From an uncultured Muribaculaceae bacterium (lineage in GTDB: Bacteria > Bacillota_I > Bacilli_A > RF39 > UBA660), in contig CAZJHG010000005.1 of NCBI GenBank assembly GCA_964545885.1, positions 1 to 53,617 of the forward strand: a stretch of DNA of 53,617 nucleotides, read 5' to 3'. Shown here one piece after another: positions 19,354-28,264 of the stretch. The translations under genes and the position numbers were made by a program. Below the pieces are notes generated by a model, which saw nothing but the letters and a program-made list of their open reading frames with translations, did no database searches and was not told the origin of the DNA. The first letter of the stretch is position 1. Each line of letters starts with the position of its first letter.

Positions 19354-20532
19354 TTAGTTTTTTAGACCTTCATTTATTAATTCTTTGTATTTACTAACTC
19401 CTGGTTGATTAAATGGATTGACAAATAATAGGTAGCCACCAGTAGCAGCTGCTAATTCAAAGAAGTAAATTAAATATCCAATATTATATTCATCTAGTTT
19501 ATCTAGTAAAATTAAGTTGCTATAAACATCATTTTCATAGTGGGCCTTAGCTACTGCATTGACGGCGATGTTATTTATTTCATTTAGTGTTTTGTTATAT
19601 TTTGTATTTATGGTACTTTTGCTTTGAACGTTGATTACTGTTTCAAAGATAATTCTGTCACCTTCTTGGAAATATTGGCCAAGAGAGTGTAGGTCGCGAG
19701 TGTTTAATACGCTAATAGGTAAAATGCCACGCCCGCCTTTTCCTTGAGTTTCAGCAAATAGTTGTTTTAACCATTCTCCAAAATCTAGTAATTTTTCATC
19801 ATAGAAAGTGAATGATTCTATTGATTTACGACACATATATAATTCATGACGAATAATAGCGTATTTTAAAGCTTGTTTTTGATCACATTCACTTGCACCT
19901 TTTAATATTTTTCTAATATCGAAACCAGCTACGGCAATTGGAAGTAGTCCTACTGGAGTTAGTACAGAGTATCTGCCACCGATATGTTCAGGGACATTGA
20001 ATCTCTTATAGCCTTCTTTTTTAGCTAAGTCTAACAGTGGACTTTTGTTTTTGTCAGTTGTGATAAATATTCTGTTGCTTAAATCATCATATTTTTCTTT
20101 CATAACTTCCATTAAAGCATCAAAAGCTAAATTTGGTTCTAATGTTGAACCTGATTTGGAAATTAAATTTATGCATACTTCTTTATCTTTGATGTATTCT
20201 ATTAAGTTTGCTAAATAATCTGAAGATAGAGATGTACCTGCAAATAAGACTTCACATTCTTTTTCTTCATAATAATTTGAAAGAGCATTTATAACCATTT
20301 TAGCTCCTAAGAATGAACCACCTATACCGACGACTATAAAACAATTACAATTTTTTCGTATTTTTTCACTTGTTTTGATGATGTCTTTTATTTCTTTTTC
20401 GCTGACGCACATTGGAATGTCACACCAGTCAGTCATATCATCGTCATTTAATTCTTTTAAAATATTTTCTATTTCATACTTATATCTATCGAAATCAATA
20501 TATTTCATATATGTTTCAAAATCGAATTTCAT
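19354..20532 (-). CDS. pgi: glucose-6-phosphate isomerase
   Basis: VGIGGSFLGA, ISKSGSTLEP, IGGRYSVLTPVGLLP, QLFAETQGK, DLHSLGQY and NPFNQPGV motifs. Confidence 0.94.
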   Translation of the reverse strand: MKFDFETYMKYIDFDRYKYEIENILKELNDDDMTDWCDIPMCVSEKEIKDIIKTSEKIRKNCNCFIVVGIGGSFLGAKMVINALSNYYEEKECEVLFAGTSLSSDYLANLIEYIKDKEVCINLISKSGSTLEPNLAFDALMEVMKEKYDDLSNRIFITTDKNKSPLLDLAKKEGYKRFNVPEHIGGRYSVLTPVGLLPIAVAGFDIRKILKGASECDQKQALKYAIIRHELYMCRKSIESFTFYDEKLLDFGEWLKQLFAETQGKGGRGILPISVLNTRDLHSLGQYFQEGDRIIFETVINVQSKSTINTKYNKTLNEINNIAVNAVAKAHYENDVYSNLILLDKLDEYNIGYLIYFFELAAATGGYLLFVNPFNQPGVSKYKELINEGLKN

Positions 20533-20729
20533 AATATCATCCTTTCATATTTTAATACCATTATATCAGATTATTTTAATATTTTAGAAAGTTTTAATTT
20601 AAGAGTTATTTCTTTATTACGGATAGAATAGTTATATTTGCTTTTTTAAACTATTTACTTTATAATCCTTAATGTGATTTAAAAAAAGCAAGTAATATGT
20701 TAAAATACTTATGAAATGGAGGGGTTCTT

Positions 20730-22055
20730 ATGAAGAAGACAGTTTGTTTAATAGGAAGACCTAATGTAGGAAAAAGTACAATATTTAATAGATTAATTAA
20801 AGAAAATAAATCTATTATATTAGATAATCCTGGAGTAACTAGAGATAGAATATATGGAGATGTTACATACGATGATAAGACTTTCTTACTTATAGATACT
20901 GGCGGTATTGATTTAGGGATAGGAGATTTTAATAAAGATATTAAAGCTCAAGCTGAAATTGCCGTAGAAGAAAGTGATGTAATAGTATTTGTTGTAGATG
21001 GAAGAGAAGATTTAACAAGTAATGACTTATACATTCGTGATATGTTAATGAAAACTAATAAGAAAGTTATTGTAGCTTTAAATAAATTAGATAATTTTGC
21101 TATGCAACAAGAAAGAATATACTATTATTATGAGTTAGGATTTGAATATGTAATACCTATTTCAGCTTCTCATAATTTAGGATTTGATGAGTTATTAGAT
21201 GAAGTTACTAGAGATTTTAATAATAATGAAGAAGTAGTAGATGATAGTTTAAAATTCTGTATAATTGGTAGACCTAATGTAGGTAAGAGTAGTTTAACTA
21301 ATGCAATATTAGGTGAAGAACGAAGTATCGTATCAGATGTAGCTGGTACTACAAGAGATAGTTTGGATACTAAGTTTAAATATAATGGAGAAGAATTTAC
21401 TGTTATAGATACTGCTGGTATGAGAAAGAAAGGTAGAATATATGAAAATATTGAAAAATATAGTCTACTTAGAAGTTTGAAAGCTATAGATAGATCTGAT
21501 GTATGTGTTTTAGTAATAGATGCTTCTACTGGTATTATAGAACATGATAAACATATAGCTAGTTATGCTATTGAAGCAGGTAAAGGTTTAGTATTAGTTG
21601 TTAATAAATGGGATGTTATTGAAGATAAAGATAAAGCTATTAGAGAGTGGAAAGAACTATTAAAGGCAGAGTTCCAATTTATGACTTGGGCTAAAGTAGT
21701 GTTCTTATCTGCTTTAACTAAGAAAAGATTGCATACTTTGATGCCTGAAATAATTAGTGCTTATGAAAATAATAGAAGAGAAGTAAAAACATCATTATTA
21801 AATAATGTTATTATAGATGCAGCTAAATTACATGAAGCACCTGGATATAAAGGTAAAAAGTTGAAAATATATTTTACTAGTCAGTCTGGAGTATGTCCTC
21901 CTAAGTTTACATTTAGATGTAATAATAAAGGATTAGTACATTTTAGTTATGAAAGATACTTGGAAAATACTATTAGAAATAATTTTGATTTTACTGGTAC
22001 ACCAATAGTACTACAATTTAAAAATAGAGGTAGTAAAGATGAAGATGATGAATAA
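20730..22055 (+). CDS. der: ribosome biogenesis GTPase Der
   Basis: Two tandem G-domains (GRPNVGKST/DTGG and GRPNVGKSS/DTAG) and a KH-like tail. Confidence 0.96.
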   Translation: MKKTVCLIGRPNVGKSTIFNRLIKENKSIILDNPGVTRDRIYGDVTYDDKTFLLIDTGGIDLGIGDFNKDIKAQAEIAVEESDVIVFVVDGREDLTSNDLYIRDMLMKTNKKVIVALNKLDNFAMQQERIYYYYELGFEYVIPISASHNLGFDELLDEVTRDFNNNEEVVDDSLKFCIIGRPNVGKSSLTNAILGEERSIVSDVAGTTRDSLDTKFKYNGEEFTVIDTAGMRKKGRIYENIEKYSLLRSLKAIDRSDVCVLVIDASTGIIEHDKHIASYAIEAGKGLVLVVNKWDVIEDKDKAIREWKELLKAEFQFMTWAKVVFLSALTKKRLHTLMPEIISAYENNRREVKTSLLNNVIIDAAKLHEAPGYKGKKLKIYFTSQSGVCPPKFTFRCNNKGLVHFSYERYLENTIRNNFDFTGTPIVLQFKNRGSKDEDDE

Positions 22056-22095
22056 TCATCTTTTTTTTGATATACTTAATATAGTAGGTGATTAG

Positions 22096-23964
22096 ATGGA
22101 AATAGTACCTGGATATAATATACCAACATTTAAATGTACCTTAGTAAATGAAGAAATGTTAAGAAGTAATTTGGATAACTATGGTATAAGAAAAATAACT
22201 TTAGATGCTAATATAATTATTCCTAGTAAAAATAGGATTGTAGCAATGTGTGATAGTGAACAACCAATGTCTTTTGTTGATAATGCTTTTTTTTGGAAAT
22301 CTTTGTGTTTAGATAAAAAATATGTGGAAGATCATTTAAATGAAGTTAGTAAATTAGTTGTATATATTTGTAAAAATAGTAAGGAAAGTTCTATAACTAT
22401 TGAGAATTCACTACTTATTACTGATGAAATAATAGAGGCGATTATTAGTAATTCAAATATAAAAACTGTTTCTTTAGGATATGAAGATGATATTTTTGTA
22501 TTAACTGAAGATATATATAATAAATTTAAAGGTTCTGGAATTGAAGTTGTTAAAACTGGTGCGGTAGAAGAGAGTTTAAAAGAAAACTTTGATAAATTAA
22601 TTGGTTATAATGTTAATAGAAATTTGGTAGCTAATTATAATTATGATGAATTGACAACAGCTAATATGATAATTTTGAATTCTACTTTGAATGATGAAGA
22701 AATTGCTAATTTAAAATACGTTAATGTTAATGCAAATGTTATATTTAAAAGTACAGATTATTTTTCAACTTTTAAAAGTATAAATACTTTAAGAAAACTA
22801 GGTCATGTTGGAAAGATAGAAATTGATATTGAAAATAAAAATGCTTTAAATAATTATCTTTTTGCTTATGTAAATGAATTACAATATTTTGATAATATAG
22901 AGGTTAATTTGATTGGAAAAATCACTCCTTTAAGAGATTACTTGAAATATGAAAAGAAACTATTTGAATTGATTGCTCCTGCTATTGATTATAGTCCTTT
23001 TGAAAAATATTTATATGCTTATAATGTAGTTAAACATTTTAAAGAGTATAAGGAAAACGATGAAGATAAGCAATCTGCAAGAAATATATATAGTATTTTA
23101 GATAATGATTATATGGTTTGTGTTGGGTATGCTAATTTATTGGGTGATTTATTAGATAAATTAGGAATAGAGAGTTCTAGCTATGGTGTTACAGTTGAAA
23201 CTGGATTAGATGGAATACCTAATGAAGATAAGCCATTACCTGATTTTGTATATGATGAGAAGAATGGTCAGTTAAAGGAGCTTGGACCAGATCCGGGTGG
23301 ACATGCAAGGAGAATGATACACTTAATTGACCCAAAATATGATATTGATGGTTATTATTTTGCTGATCCAACTTGGGATAATGATATGGAACATGATACT
23401 TATAATTTTGCTTTAATGACTCAAGAAGAATATATTGGTTTAGATAGATATGATTACTATAAAACAAATAGTGTTGATGAATTATTCTTTGTTAAGAGTT
23501 TAGAAGAATTTTATTTAAAAATTAATATTTATTTAGATAAAAATAGAACGAGAAATGAATTAGATGTTGTACGTGGATTATTTTATGCATTTAAAGAATT
23601 AGATTTTGAATTTTATGAATTTTTAAAAAATAAGTATGGTGATGTAAATAGTTATAGTACGAAATTTACTAAAGATGAAATATTAAATATCTTGTTAGAT
23701 GTGGGAGAAAAAATAGTACAAAAAAGTAATAATGTAGTAATTGGTCAGACATTTAAAGAAGGAATAACTACACTATATAGTCATTTTATTAGTGAACCGA
23801 GTGAGTTAGAAAGAGAAGTTAAAGAAACAATGGAATATAATAAAGAAAGACATGCAAAATGTTTTCCTATGAGATATAAAGTTGATGGAAATGATAATAA
23901 AATGGTAGTACTTAATTTATATAATAAATTTGACTTAGAAGAACAACCAAAGTTAGGAGTTTAA
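22096..23964 (+). CDS. hypothetical protein with a transglutaminase-like domain
   Basis: Cys-His-Asp motifs VCVGYANLL, GHARRMI and ADPTWD. Confidence 0.7.
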   Translation: MEIVPGYNIPTFKCTLVNEEMLRSNLDNYGIRKITLDANIIIPSKNRIVAMCDSEQPMSFVDNAFFWKSLCLDKKYVEDHLNEVSKLVVYICKNSKESSITIENSLLITDEIIEAIISNSNIKTVSLGYEDDIFVLTEDIYNKFKGSGIEVVKTGAVEESLKENFDKLIGYNVNRNLVANYNYDELTTANMIILNSTLNDEEIANLKYVNVNANVIFKSTDYFSTFKSINTLRKLGHVGKIEIDIENKNALNNYLFAYVNELQYFDNIEVNLIGKITPLRDYLKYEKKLFELIAPAIDYSPFEKYLYAYNVVKHFKEYKENDEDKQSARNIYSILDNDYMVCVGYANLLGDLLDKLGIESSSYGVTVETGLDGIPNEDKPLPDFVYDEKNGQLKELGPDPGGHARRMIHLIDPKYDIDGYYFADPTWDNDMEHDTYNFALMTQEEYIGLDRYDYYKTNSVDELFFVKSLEEFYLKINIYLDKNRTRNELDVVRGLFYAFKELDFEFYEFLKNKYGDVNSYSTKFTKDEILNILLDVGEKIVQKSNNVVIGQTFKEGITTLYSHFISEPSELEREVKETMEYNKERHAKCFPMRYKVDGNDNKMVVLNLYNKFDLEEQPKLGV

Positions 23965-24021
23965 AAGGTATATTCTTAGTAACTAGTTTTGTTATAAAAT
24001 GAAGTAGAAAGAGATGATATT

Positions 24022-24543
24022 ATGAATGAAGTATTGGAAAATATAAAGAATAGAAGGAGTATTAAGAAATATAAGAGTGATATGGTACCACAAGATTTAA
24101 TTGATAAAGTGGTAGAGGCTGGTACATATGCTCCCTCAGGATTAAATAAGCAATCTCCTATTATATTAGAAGTAACTAATAAAGAAATGAGAGATAAAAT
24201 AGCTAGATTAAATGCTAAGGTGGCTTTAGTAGATGAAAATACTGATTTATTTTATAATGCTCCTGTAGTATTAGTTGTATTAGCTAATAGGGATGTTCCA
24301 ACATATATTTATGATGGTAGTTTAGTAATTGGTAATATGTTATTAGCGGCTAATTCTTTGGGACTTGGTGCTTGTTGGATACATAGAGCTAAGGAAGTAT
24401 TTGAAACTGAAGAAGGACAAGAAATATTAAAAAGTCTTGGAATAGAAGGAAATTATGAAGGAATAGGTAATTGTATTTTAGGATATCCAGATATGGAAGG
24501 TATTAATAAACCTAGAAAAGAAAATTATGTTTATAAAATATAA
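24022..24543 (+). CDS. nitroreductase family protein
   Basis: IKNRRSIKKY, AGTYAPSG and NMLLAANSLGLGACWI motifs. Confidence 0.92.
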   Translation: MNEVLENIKNRRSIKKYKSDMVPQDLIDKVVEAGTYAPSGLNKQSPIILEVTNKEMRDKIARLNAKVALVDENTDLFYNAPVVLVVLANRDVPTYIYDGSLVIGNMLLAANSLGLGACWIHRAKEVFETEEGQEILKSLGIEGNYEGIGNCILGYPDMEGINKPRKENYVYKI

Positions 24544-24559
24544 GATTGGGTGAGATGGA

Positions 24560-24970
24560 ATGAAATTAAATAAGAGAGTACATTTAGGAAGTAATTATTA
24601 TTATATTCAAGTAGATGTTGGTTATGTAAAAGATAAAACAAGTATTCCTTCTTTGCGTCTTTGTAATTTCTTTGATGATTATTGGGATGGTGGAGATTGT
24701 TCTTTGTTAATTGAGAAGATAGAAAATGACTATACCTCAAATAAAGCTAATGAATATGATGATAAAATTTCTTTCATGGGGGATGTTTTATATATTTATG
24801 ATAGAATGCCTTTTATTAGTGGAGTGTATGATATTTATCCTAGTGAAAGTGAGAAGATTCCTTCTTCATTTACATTTATTTCTAAAGATGAGATAGAACA
24901 ATATATAAAAGATTTTAACATACAAATGAAATATAGAGATAAAGCGAAGACTTTGAATGTTCTAAAATGA
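24560..24970 (+). CDS. hypothetical protein
   Basis: Open frame with a GAGA/TGGA RBS-like sequence; no recognisable motif. Confidence 0.55.
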   Translation: MKLNKRVHLGSNYYYIQVDVGYVKDKTSIPSLRLCNFFDDYWDGGDCSLLIEKIENDYTSNKANEYDDKISFMGDVLYIYDRMPFISGVYDIYPSESEKIPSSFTFISKDEIEQYIKDFNIQMKYRDKAKTLNVLK

Positions 24971-25034
24971 TTGCTGAAAATAATTATAGATGTAATTGAC
25001 AAATTCTAAATAATGAGTTAGTATTTAGTTAATT

Positions 25035-25231
25035 CGATGAGGAAGAACACGATTATTAAGGTGCTTGCTTTTAGAGAACTAGTGGTTGGTGAAAACTAGT
25101 AGAAGGCTTAATGATTACTATCTTCTGAGAGGTTTAATAAAACCCGGTTAAATTTTAGACCGTTATCTAAATTAAGTTAAATAAAGGATGGTACCGCATA
25201 ACTTTGCTCCTTGCAAGTTGTGTGGTTTTTT
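25035..25231 (+). promoter_or_regulatory. T-box riboswitch (Thr)
   Basis: Stem I with AGAGA and GGTGAAA loops; candidate specifier ACT at 25117-25119; T-box AAGGATGGTACCGC at 25184-25197; antiterminator partner GCTCCTT at 25206-25212; terminator CCGCATAACTT...AAGTTGTGTGG followed by a T-run. Confidence 0.88.
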
Positions 25232-25253
25232 AATTTATTAGGGAGTTGATGTA

Positions 25254-25484
25254 ATGGATCGAACCGAGGAAATTGAAACCTTGAAAAAGGTTGTGTTTAA
25301 TTTAAAATTACAGATGGCTATGAAGAAAAATAATAATGATGAATTATTGGAATTGTCTGAAAAAGCTCAAATAATACAAAGAAGAATTGATACATTACAA
25401 AAGGAAATTGAAGAATCTAATGGACAAGTTGGATTTGCATTTTCAGAATTGATAGATGTAACAAAAGTAAAGAAAGGAAGATAA
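25254..25484 (+). CDS. small coiled-coil protein between the T-box and thrS
   Basis: GGGAG RBS; helical heptad pattern. Its 3' end (AAAGGAAG) supplies the thrS RBS, and thrS starts 2 nt after its stop. Confidence 0.65.
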   Translation: MDRTEEIETLKKVVFNLKLQMAMKKNNNDELLELSEKAQIIQRRIDTLQKEIEESNGQVGFAFSELIDVTKVKKGR

Positions 25485-25486
25485 AA

Positions 25487-27253
25487 ATGGTAAATTTTAA
25501 AGAAGATGAAATATTAAACAAATTAAATCATAGTTGTGCACATTTACTTGCACAAGCAGTAAAACATTTATATCCACAAGCTAAGTTTTGGGTAGGACCT
25601 GTTGTAGAAGAAGGTTTTTACTATGATATTGACTTAGGTGATGATGTTTTAGTAGAAGAAGATTTAGAACGTATTGAAAGAGAAATGAAAAAATGTTCTA
25701 AGTCTGCTAAAAATATTATAAGAAAAGAGATTTCTAAAGAAGAAGCTTTGGAAATGTTTAAAGATGATGAATACAAGATAGATTTAATTGAAAGAATGGA
25801 TGAAGAAGAAGGACCAATATCTTGTTATCAACAAGGAGATTTTACTGACCTTTGTAGAGGCCCACATATGGAAAATACTAAAGAAGTTAAGTATTTCAAA
25901 TTAATTAAATTTAGTGGTGCTTATTGGAAAGGCGATGCTTCTAAGAAAATGCTTCAAAGAATATATGGAGTATGTTTTCCTTCACAAGAAGAACTTGATG
26001 CACACTTAAAAGAATTAGAAGAAATGAAATTAAGAGATCACAGAAAAATAGGTAAAGACTTAGAAATATTTATGATAAGTGATTTAGTAGGTAAAGGATT
26101 ACCTATGTATTTACCAAATGGATACTTAATTTGGGACTTATTAGAACAATATATTAAAGGTAAAGAAAGAAATTTAGGATATTTACATGTATTAACTCCA
26201 CCATTAGGAAATGTAGAGTTATATAAGACTTCAGGACACTGGGATCATTATAAGGAAAATATGTTCCCTATGATGAAAGTTGAAGATGAAGAGTTTGTTC
26301 TTCGTCCAATGAATTGCCCTCATCATATGGTTGTATACAGTAATAATGTACATTCATACAGAGATTTACCTATTAAGATCGGTGAAATAGCTAGAGATTG
26401 TCGTTTTGAATCAAGTGGTTCATTAAAAGGTATTGAAAGAGTTAGAACATTTTGTCAAAATGATGCTCACTTATTTGTAACTCCAGAACAAATTCAAGCT
26501 GAATTTAGTGAAGTAGTTAATTTAATACTTGAAGTTTACAAAGAACTAGGAATTAAAGATTATAGATTTGAATTATCTTTAAGAGATCCTGAAGATAAAG
26601 TTAAGTATTATCCAGATGATGAAATGTGGAATAATGCGGAGAATACATTAAGAAAAGTATTAGATGGTTTAAATTTAGATTATGTAGAAAAAATTGGTGA
26701 AGCAGCATTCTATGGACCAAAACTTGATGTTCAAGTTAAACCAGCTGTTGGACCTGAGTATACATTATCTACTTGTCAATTAGACTTCTGTTTACCAATG
26801 CGTTTTGATTTAGGATATATTGATAATGAAGGTAATAAACAAACTCCAGTAGTATTACATAGAGCAATATTTGGAAGTATAGATAGATTTATGGCTTATT
26901 ACTTAGAAGAAACTAAAGGATATTTACCTGTATGGTTAGCTCCTAAACAAGTTGAAGTTGTACCAGTAAATATTCAATATCATGAAGAATATGCTAGGGA
27001 AATTTATGAAGCTTTAAAGAAAGCTGGTTATAGAGTAGCATTAGATGATAGAAATGAAAAACTAGGATATAAATTAAGAGAAGCTGTTATTAAAAAGATT
27101 CCTTATATGTTAATATTAGGACAAAAAGAAGTTGATGAAAAATTAGTTTCTTATAGAAGAGCTGGCAGTGAAGAAACTACTACTGTAACTTTAGAAGAAT
27201 TTATTGAACTATTAAACGATGATATTCGAAATAAAGTAAGATATGATAAATAA
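25487..27253 (+). CDS. thrS: threonyl-tRNA synthetase (no N-terminal TGS domain)
   Basis: HSCAHLLAQAV, DLCRGPH, RDHRKIG, RPMNCPHH, EAAFYGPKLD and HRAIFGSIDRF motifs. Confidence 0.97.
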   Translation: MVNFKEDEILNKLNHSCAHLLAQAVKHLYPQAKFWVGPVVEEGFYYDIDLGDDVLVEEDLERIEREMKKCSKSAKNIIRKEISKEEALEMFKDDEYKIDLIERMDEEEGPISCYQQGDFTDLCRGPHMENTKEVKYFKLIKFSGAYWKGDASKKMLQRIYGVCFPSQEELDAHLKELEEMKLRDHRKIGKDLEIFMISDLVGKGLPMYLPNGYLIWDLLEQYIKGKERNLGYLHVLTPPLGNVELYKTSGHWDHYKENMFPMMKVEDEEFVLRPMNCPHHMVVYSNNVHSYRDLPIKIGEIARDCRFESSGSLKGIERVRTFCQNDAHLFVTPEQIQAEFSEVVNLILEVYKELGIKDYRFELSLRDPEDKVKYYPDDEMWNNAENTLRKVLDGLNLDYVEKIGEAAFYGPKLDVQVKPAVGPEYTLSTCQLDFCLPMRFDLGYIDNEGNKQTPVVLHRAIFGSIDRFMAYYLEETKGYLPVWLAPKQVEVVPVNIQYHEEYAREIYEALKKAGYRVALDDRNEKLGYKLREAVIKKIPYMLILGQKEVDEKLVSYRRAGSEETTTVTLEEFIELLNDDIRNKVRYDK

Positions 27254-27260
27254 TTAGGTC

Positions 27261-27285
27261 AAAAGTGGAAGTTTTCCACTTTTTT
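27261..27285 (+). terminator. thrS terminator
   Basis: AAAAGTGGAA/TTCCACTTTT stem followed by a T-run. Confidence 0.8.
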
Positions 27286-27373
27286 CTTTTGTTGTTTAAT
27301 ATTTTTTTTGTTCTTTATTGAATAATTAGTTGAATAATGATATTATTTTTATAGTATGGTGAGGTGTGTTAAA

Positions 27374-27703
27374 ATGGCAGGTAATGCAGGAACTGGTGGT
27401 TCTTTCGTTTTTGAAGCTGATTCAGACAAATTGGAAGAAATTGCTAGTGCTATGAAGAAAAAAATAGAAAGTGCAAAGGGATTTAGAGATTCTATTGCCA
27501 ATACCATAACTACTTTGTCTACAGATGGTTCATGGTCAGGTGATGCAAGTGAACTTTTTGTCGAAAAAACAAATTCTTATAAAGATGAATTCGAAGAAAT
27601 GACTAAGTGTTTAGAAACATATGTTGAGGTTATAAAAGATGTTTCAGGATCTATTGATAGATTAAATGAAGAAATAAAAATTATTTGCGGAAGGTTGGAT
27701 TAA
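27374..27703 (+). CDS. WXG100-family T7SS substrate
   Basis: Start ATG 27374 (GAGGTG RBS). About 109 aa helix-turn-helix with central DGSWSGDAS. Confidence 0.85.
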   Translation: MAGNAGTGGSFVFEADSDKLEEIASAMKKKIESAKGFRDSIANTITTLSTDGSWSGDASELFVEKTNSYKDEFEEMTKCLETYVEVIKDVSGSIDRLNEEIKIICGRLD

Positions 27704-27704
27704 T

Positions 27705-28028
27705 ATGGGAAATCTTGGATATAATGAATCATTAGATGGTCATATTGCAAATATAGATAGTCTTTCTACAGAATTTTTAGGTGTTTTAAACGATATAAAT
27801 GGAATTGTTGGAGAATCTATAAATATTTCTGGTGGAGCTATTTATGGTGATGCGGCGGCTAGGTTAGAACAAGTATGGGACGAAAAATGCGGTTCTTTTA
27901 AAGAATATTATAATTTATACCAAAATTTTGTTTCTCAACTAACACAAATTAGTAATGCAAATAAAGAAGCACAAGCAGAAGCTGATTCTATTTATGTGGA
28001 AGCAGCTGAGACAGCAGATAATGCTTAG
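27705..28028 (+). CDS. WXG100-like protein, IYG variant
   Basis: 107 aa helical hairpin with central GGAIYGDAAARLEQVW...F..YY..YQ.F. Confidence 0.7.
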   Translation: MGNLGYNESLDGHIANIDSLSTEFLGVLNDINGIVGESINISGGAIYGDAAARLEQVWDEKCGSFKEYYNLYQNFVSQLTQISNANKEAQAEADSIYVEAAETADNA

Positions 28029-28044
28029 AAAGGATTGATTTTTA

Positions 28045-28260
28045 ATGGCAGCAATGAGAAGTCAAGTTTCACAATTGACAGAATATAGAGATGAACTAGT
28101 TAATATATCAAACAAACTAAATTCTTCTTTGATTTATAACACTGAGAATTCAGTAGCAGCTCTTTATGAAGAATTAAAGAAGTTTATTACTATATTAAAC
28201 AATAATATAACAAATATACAACAAAATGCATCTGCTATAGATAGTAATAAGAAATGGTGA
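28045..28260 (+). CDS. small helical-hairpin protein (putative Lap-type T7SS partner)
   Basis: 71 aa, two amphipathic helices, directly upstream of a large substrate-like gene. Confidence 0.55.
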   Translation: MAAMRSQVSQLTEYRDELVNISNKLNSSLIYNTENSVAALYEELKKFITILNNNITNIQQNASAIDSNKKW

Positions 28261-28264
28261 TAGT

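Noticed and set aside
14353-24740. Short ORF-track entries at 14353, 14747, 18466, 20375, 23219 and 24531
   Set aside because: They are antisense shadows fully overlapping well-supported genes, with no RBS or motifs.
28258-28260. Mycoplasma-type code 4 (TGA=Trp) given the AT richness
   Set aside because: TGA terminates several coupled ORFs (11977, 28258, 38652, 45386), and conserved Trp residues use TGG.
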